A stretch of 63,990 bases of DNA, counting the filler. It is 3 parts of 3 records of this genome, joined end to end, with 100 filler letters (N's around TTAATTAATTAA, not from the genome) between each part and the next. Parts side by side here need not be neighbours in the genome. Positions count along the whole stretch, not along the records: positions 44,623 to 63,990 come from SRR20825010_2244; 2 more parts are not named here. One strand, given 5' to 3'. Both the position numbers and the translations under genes were made by a program. A model generated the notes under the pieces. The model was not told the DNA's origin. It ran no database searches and worked only from the letters and a program-made list of their open reading frames with translations. Each line of letters begins with the position of its first letter. The first letter of the stretch is position 1. Of the stretch, positions 59,478-63,990 are shown piece by piece.

Positions 59478-60683
59478 ATGAAATTAAAACCAATCGCAAC
59501 CGGACTAATGGCCTTGTTTGCATTTGCTGCGGGTTCAGCCCAGGCGCAGATGTCCAATGACACGATCAAGATCGGCATGATCACTGACATGTCTGGCCTG
59601 TACGCCGACATTGACGGCCCTGGCGGCGTTGAAGCGGTGAAAATGGCAATTGCTGATTTCGGTGGAAAACTGAACGGCAAGAAAATTGAATTTGTATTTG
59701 CCGATCACCAGAACAAGGCTGACATTGCAGCCAGCAAAGCGCGCGAGTGGTTCGACACCGAAGGCGTTGACATGCTGATTTCGGGCACCAATTCGGGCAC
59801 GGCACTGGCCATGGCCAAAGTGGCAGCTGAAAAGCAGAAACCCAATTTTGTGATTGGCGCGGGCACGGCACGCATCACCAACGAAGAATGCAACCCTTAC
59901 AGCGTTCACTACGCTTACGACACAGTGGCCATGGCCAAAGGCACTGGTTCTGCGGTCACCAAGCAGGGCGGAAAAAACTGGTACTTCCTGACCGCCGATT
60001 ATGCATTTGGTACATCGCTGGAAACTGACACCACTGCAGTGGTAAAAGCCAATGGCGGCACAGTCAAGGGCGCCGTTCGTCACCCATTGTCAGCGTCTGA
60101 TTTTTCATCATTCATGTTGCAGGCACAAGCCTCTGGCGCGCAAATTCTGGGCTTGGCCAACGCGGGTGGCGACACGGTGAATTCCATCAAGGCAGCCAAT
60201 GAATTTGGTGTAACCGGCACCATGAAACTGGCTGGTTTATTGATGTTCATCAACGATGTGCACGCCTTGGGCCTGAGTCAAACGAAAGGCATGTACCTGA
60301 CAGACAGCTGGTACTGGGATCAAAACGACGAATCGCGCAAATGGGCACAACGTTTCTTCTCGAAAATGAAAAAAATGCCCAGCAGCTTGCACGCGGCAGA
60401 TTACTCAGCCACCTTGCAGTACCTGAATGCCGTGAAGGCAGCAGGCACGGATGACGGCGCGAAGGTAATGGACGCCCTGCGCAAACAAAAGGTCAACGAC
60501 ATGTACGCCAAGAACGGTTACTACCGCGCCGATGGCAGCATGATTCACGACATGTTCCTGATGCAGGTAAAAGACACCAAGGAATCCAAAAAGCCATGGG
60601 ATTACCTGAAGGTCGTGCAATCCATTCCAGGTGAAGAAGCCTTCACCACCAAAGCAGAAACAAAATGCGCCTCGTGGAAGTAA
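59478..60683 (+). CDS. HAAT ABC transporter substrate-binding protein
   Basis: Signal peptide after an AAGGAG RBS; IKIG..TDMSGLY, ADHQNKAD, TADYAFG, DFSSF.LQA. Confidence 0.9.
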   Translation: MKLKPIATGLMALFAFAAGSAQAQMSNDTIKIGMITDMSGLYADIDGPGGVEAVKMAIADFGGKLNGKKIEFVFADHQNKADIAASKAREWFDTEGVDMLISGTNSGTALAMAKVAAEKQKPNFVIGAGTARITNEECNPYSVHYAYDTVAMAKGTGSAVTKQGGKNWYFLTADYAFGTSLETDTTAVVKANGGTVKGAVRHPLSASDFSSFMLQAQASGAQILGLANAGGDTVNSIKAANEFGVTGTMKLAGLLMFINDVHALGLSQTKGMYLTDSWYWDQNDESRKWAQRFFSKMKKMPSSLHAADYSATLQYLNAVKAAGTDDGAKVMDALRKQKVNDMYAKNGYYRADGSMIHDMFLMQVKDTKESKKPWDYLKVVQSIPGEEAFTTKAETKCASWK

Positions 60684-60708
60684 TTTAGTAAAACCACAAT
60701 AAGACCCA

Positions 60709-60739
60709 AGCTCCCTTTGCTCAAATGGCAAGGGGAGCT
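60709..60739 (+). promoter_or_regulatory. Intercistronic stem-loop after the binding-protein gene (mRNA stabiliser or partial terminator)
   Basis: AGCTCCCTTTGC / GCAAGGGGAGCT inverted repeat without a U-tract. Confidence 0.55.
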
Positions 60740-60757
60740 GCTCCCGGATTCGTATTC

Positions 60758-61642
60758 ATGGAAATTTTTGGTATTCCCTTGCAGGCCTTTTTGGGGCAAT
60801 TGTTGTTGGGCTTGGTCAACGGCTCGTTTTACGCCATGTTGTCCCTGGGCCTGGCCGTCATTTTCGGCTTGCTCAATGTGATCAATTTCGCTCACGGTGC
60901 GCTCTACATGATGGGTGCATTTTTGGCGTGGATGGGCATGGCTTACTTCGACCTGAATTATTGGGTCATGCTGGCTTTGGCGCCCCTGCTGGTGGGTGCA
61001 TTCGGCATACTGATCGAGAAAACCATGCTGCGCTGGCTGTACAAGCTTGATCACCTGTATGGCTTGTTGCTGACCTTCGGCATTACCCTGATGCTGGAAG
61101 GCGTGTTTCGTTCAATCTATGGTGTATCAGGTCAACCTTACACAGTGCCCGAAGCACTACAGGGCGCGACCAATCTGGGCTTCATGATATTGCCCAATTA
61201 CCGTGCCTGGGTTGTAGTTGCATCGCTCGTGGTGTGCTTCGCAACATGGATCATGATTGAAAAAACCAAGCTGGGCGCGTTGCTGCGTGCAGGTACAGAA
61301 AACCCGCGACTGGTTGAAGCATTCGGCATCAATGTGCCCTTGATGGTCACACTAACCTATGGTTTTGGTGTTGCCCTGGCAGCGTTTGCGGGCGTGCTTG
61401 CCGCACCAGTCATTCAAATATCTCCACTCATGGGTTCAAACCTGATCATCACGGTGTTCGCCGTGGTTGTTATCGGCGGCATGGGCTCCATTCTGGGTTC
61501 AATTATTACCGGGCTTACCCTGGGCATTGTCGAAGGTTTAACCCGTGTGTTTTATCCAGAATTGTCAGCCACCGTGGTGTTCATCATCATGGCCATTGTG
61601 CTCATGATCCGTCCGGCCGGTTTGTTCGGCCGCGAGAAGTAA
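60758..61642 (+). CDS. HAAT ABC transporter permease, LivH-like
   Basis: GL.NGSFYA.LSLGLA.IFG...VINFAHG, T.LG.LLRA, FAVVVIGGMGS. Confidence 0.9.
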   Translation: MEIFGIPLQAFLGQLLLGLVNGSFYAMLSLGLAVIFGLLNVINFAHGALYMMGAFLAWMGMAYFDLNYWVMLALAPLLVGAFGILIEKTMLRWLYKLDHLYGLLLTFGITLMLEGVFRSIYGVSGQPYTVPEALQGATNLGFMILPNYRAWVVVASLVVCFATWIMIEKTKLGALLRAGTENPRLVEAFGINVPLMVTLTYGFGVALAAFAGVLAAPVIQISPLMGSNLIITVFAVVVIGGMGSILGSIITGLTLGIVEGLTRVFYPELSATVVFIIMAIVLMIRPAGLFGREK

Positions 61643-61653
61643 AGGACCTCAAC

Positions 61654-62640
61654 GTGATGAATAAAAATACAATCATTGCCATTGTGGCCATAATCATTGC
61701 ACTGGCAGCACCGTTCATGATGTACCCGGTGCTATTGATGAAGCTGCTGTGCTTTGCGCTGTTTGCCTGCGCGTTCAACCTGCTGATTGGTTACACCGGT
61801 TTGTTGTCGTTCGGGCATGCCGCATTTCTGGGTGGGGCAGGGTACATTGCGGGCTATGTCATTCGCGACCTGGGCTTGCCTTTTGAAATTGGCATTGTTG
61901 CAGGCGTAGCCTTCGCAGCCTTCATTGGCCTGGTCATGGGTTCACTTGCCATTCGCAGGCAAGGCATTTACTTCACCATGATCACGCTGGCGCTGGCGCA
62001 AATGCTGTACTTCATTTTTCTGCAAGCACGGTTCACCGGCGGGGAAGACGGTTTGCAGGGCATTCCGCGCGGCACCTTGTTCGGGGTTGTCGATTTAAGC
62101 AATGACCTGACCCTGTACTACGTGGTGCTGGCCATTTGCATTGCGGGCTACGCGCTGATTGTGCGCACGGTGCACTCGCCATTCGGGCAGGTGCTCAAAG
62201 CCATCAAGGAAAACGAACCACGCGCCATTTCCCTGGGTTACGACGTCGACCGGTACAAGCTTTTGGTGTTTGTGCTGTCAGCCGCGTTGTCGGGCCTGGC
62301 CGGTGCCACCAAGGCCACGGTGCTGGGGTTCGAAACGCTGACCGATGTGCACTGGACCATGTCCGGCCTTGTGGTACTGATGACACTGGTGGGTGGCTTG
62401 GGCACCTTGGCTGGCCCCATCGTGGGTGCCATCGTCATTATTGCGCTGGAAAACCGCATTGGCGAATTTGGCACCTGGATGGCGGTAACCACCAACATCG
62501 ACTGGTTCAGGTCACTGGGTGAACAGGTCACGATTGTGACTGGCTTCATTTTCATTGTGGTCGTGCTGGCATTTCGCAAAGGCATTGTGGGCGAGATACT
62601 GGCTTGGAACAGCCGCAGGTTGCTGAAGGCAGACAAGTGA
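61654..62640 (+). CDS. HAAT ABC transporter permease, LivM-like
   Basis: NLL.GYTGLLSFGHAAF, GIYF.MITLA, TGGEDG, SPFG..L.AI.ENE.RA..LGY. Confidence 0.9.
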   Translation: MMNKNTIIAIVAIIIALAAPFMMYPVLLMKLLCFALFACAFNLLIGYTGLLSFGHAAFLGGAGYIAGYVIRDLGLPFEIGIVAGVAFAAFIGLVMGSLAIRRQGIYFTMITLALAQMLYFIFLQARFTGGEDGLQGIPRGTLFGVVDLSNDLTLYYVVLAICIAGYALIVRTVHSPFGQVLKAIKENEPRAISLGYDVDRYKLLVFVLSAALSGLAGATKATVLGFETLTDVHWTMSGLVVLMTLVGGLGTLAGPIVGAIVIIALENRIGEFGTWMAVTTNIDWFRSLGEQVTIVTGFIFIVVVLAFRKGIVGEILAWNSRRLLKADK

Positions 62641-62642
62641 AG

Positions 62643-62671
62643 AAAAACCCGGTCCAGCACCGGGTTTTTTT
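62643..62671 (+). terminator. Intrinsic terminator of the ABC operon
   Basis: AAAAACCCGGT / ACCGGG followed by a T7 tract. Confidence 0.88.
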
Positions 62672-62709
62672 GTGTCACACTGACGCCATTCTTGTGGCCA
62701 ATGTTGACT

Positions 62710-63468
62710 ATGCAGCCAAAAAAATTTCCAGTTGATCCCCATGGCGGGCAAGCCGCAGACGCACAGTGGATGCAATTGGCACTGGAACAGGCCCGGGTTG
62801 CAGCAGAAGCAGGGGAGGTGCCAATTGGTGCCGTGTTGGTGCTCAACGGTGAAGCAATTGCAGCCACACACAATTCACCCATTTCAAAAAACGACGCGTG
62901 TGCCCACGCTGAAATTCAAGCCATTCAACAGGCCTGTAAAGCCGTGGGCAATTACCGTTTGGGTGCGCAGGCCAGCCTGTATGTCACCTTGCAACCTTGT
63001 TTGATGTGCCTGGGGGCCATACTGCATGCGCGCATCGGGCGCGTGGTCATTGGCTGTGCGCAATCGCGTTACAACGGCAACTTAAGCGACGCATTGGCTG
63101 TGTTTGAAAAGTCAGAAGCGTGGCACCCTTGCCGGTTTGAAACGGGCTGCCTGGGCCATGAATGTGAAAGCATTCTGGGAAGCTTTTTCAAAACCCGCCG
63201 CAAGCAACGGGAACAGGCCGTGGCTGAACTGGCCAATCTATTAAACCTGCCCAACGCCAACAAGGAAACGCTGCTGGAGCTTGCACAACTTGGCTACCAT
63301 TGCCCCCAGGACATTTTGAATCGCGGGCTTGAACAGGTGGCCGCTGACCTGGCCCAGCGCAGCGATGCATTGAAAAGCGGGCAGGCGCTTCAACAGGCCG
63401 CCATTCTGGCCAGTTTGTGCGATTATTTCAACGGTGAACCTGTTCGGTCATGGAAACAGTATTTATAA
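62710..63468 (+). CDS. tadA: tRNA adenosine deaminase TadA homologue with a ~80-aa C-terminal Cdd1/HhH-like extension
   Basis: WM..AL..A......EVPIGAVLV, AHAE, NYRL, PCLMC, RIGRVV, FF..RR; adjacent to ldcA. Confidence 0.8.
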   Translation: MQPKKFPVDPHGGQAADAQWMQLALEQARVAAEAGEVPIGAVLVLNGEAIAATHNSPISKNDACAHAEIQAIQQACKAVGNYRLGAQASLYVTLQPCLMCLGAILHARIGRVVIGCAQSRYNGNLSDALAVFEKSEAWHPCRFETGCLGHECESILGSFFKTRRKQREQAVAELANLLNLPNANKETLLELAQLGYHCPQDILNRGLEQVAADLAQRSDALKSGQALQQAAILASLCDYFNGEPVRSWKQYL

Positions 63469-63480
63469 AACGGAGATGAA

Positions 63481-63990
63481 TTGGGCACAGCGTTGAATCA
63501 GCTAGTTTTTTTCTCGCCCAGTGGCGCGCTTATCGATGAGGCATTGCTTGATCGCGCCAGCCTGCAGCTTCAATCGCTGGGCTTTGCCACCGTTGAAATG
63601 CCTGAAACACGTTTGCGCGTGCAACGCTTTGCCGGCGATGAAACCACACGGTGCTCAAGCATTGAACATGCATTTAAAACACCCACCCCCGCATTGCTGA
63701 TGGCCACACGCGGTGGCTACGGCTTAAGCCGCTTGTTGCCCATGCTGAACTTTGATGAACTGGCACAATGCTTGAACGAAAACGGGCACCTGCTAAGCGG
63801 GCACAGCGACATTACCAGTTTGCAACTTGCATTGCTGAATGCGGGTGCAAAGCCTGAAACCTTGTTGCACGGCCCCATGGCCTGTTTCGACTTTGGCCCG
63901 CAAGAAGGGGTAAACACCCAAACAAAAGAACATTTTTTGCGTGCAGTTCAACACGGGCAGGTTGATGTGCAATGGCAAGCGCAATGTTCA
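63481..63990 (+). CDS. ldcA: LD-carboxypeptidase (S66), 3' truncated by the window end; absent from the ORF track
   Basis: TTG after GGAG; translates FSPSG...RFAGD...ATRGGYG...GHSDIT...HGPM. Confidence 0.88.
   Translation, partial: MGTALNQLVFFSPSGALIDEALLDRASLQLQSLGFATVEMPETRLRVQRFAGDETTRCSSIEHAFKTPTPALLMATRGGYGLSRLLPMLNFDELAQCLNENGHLLSGHSDITSLQLALLNAGAKPETLLHGPMACFDFGPQEGVNTQTKEHFLRAVQHGQVDVQWQAQCS

Overview
The window is not one locus. It holds three unrelated contigs joined by two artificial 100-bp spacers (44 N + TTAATTAATTAA + 44 N, at 28299-28398 and 44523-44622). Taxonomic calls come from gene content, protein style and base composition judged by eye. Contig 1 (1-28298) is very AT-rich and Flavobacteriaceae-like. 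It is mostly housekeeping: Mur ligase, obgE, adk, hpt, purK/purE, M3 peptidase, aromatic amino acid hydroxylase, sulfatase, hutU, GH73-LysM, hemL and a partial alaS. It also carries a translationally coupled two-gene DUF6978-like/DUF1828-DUF1829-like module followed by a decayed attC-like hairpin, 3-4 dispersed copies of a ~95-nt multi-hairpin element with a compensatory base change, a heptamer tandem repeat, and two small genes missed by the ORF track. Contig 2 (28399-44522) is a second Bacteroidota/Flavobacteriales organism: ettA, pepD, S41 peptidase, an XRE regulator with four copies of a candidate operator TTACAAATGT, mnmA, murQ, a PyrR-like protein, a GT-C-like protein and a short carB. 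Contig 3 (44623-63990) is betaproteobacterial (Burkholderiales, Limnobacter-like): TRAP permease, ppsR/ppsA, nfeD-SPFH, smpB, ratA/ratB, guaB, guaA, a liv-type ABC operon, tadA and a partial ldcA. Its unusual genes are a eukaryote-like Cys-containing LRR gene behind an hrp-box-like ECF promoter, a degenerate GAF-GGDEF gene between guaB and guaA, and a TadA fused to a Cdd1/HhH-like domain with Gln at the position of E. coli D108. No tRNA, rRNA, tmRNA, CRISPR array, integrase or transposase was recognised. All family assignments come from motif recognition; no database searches were run.
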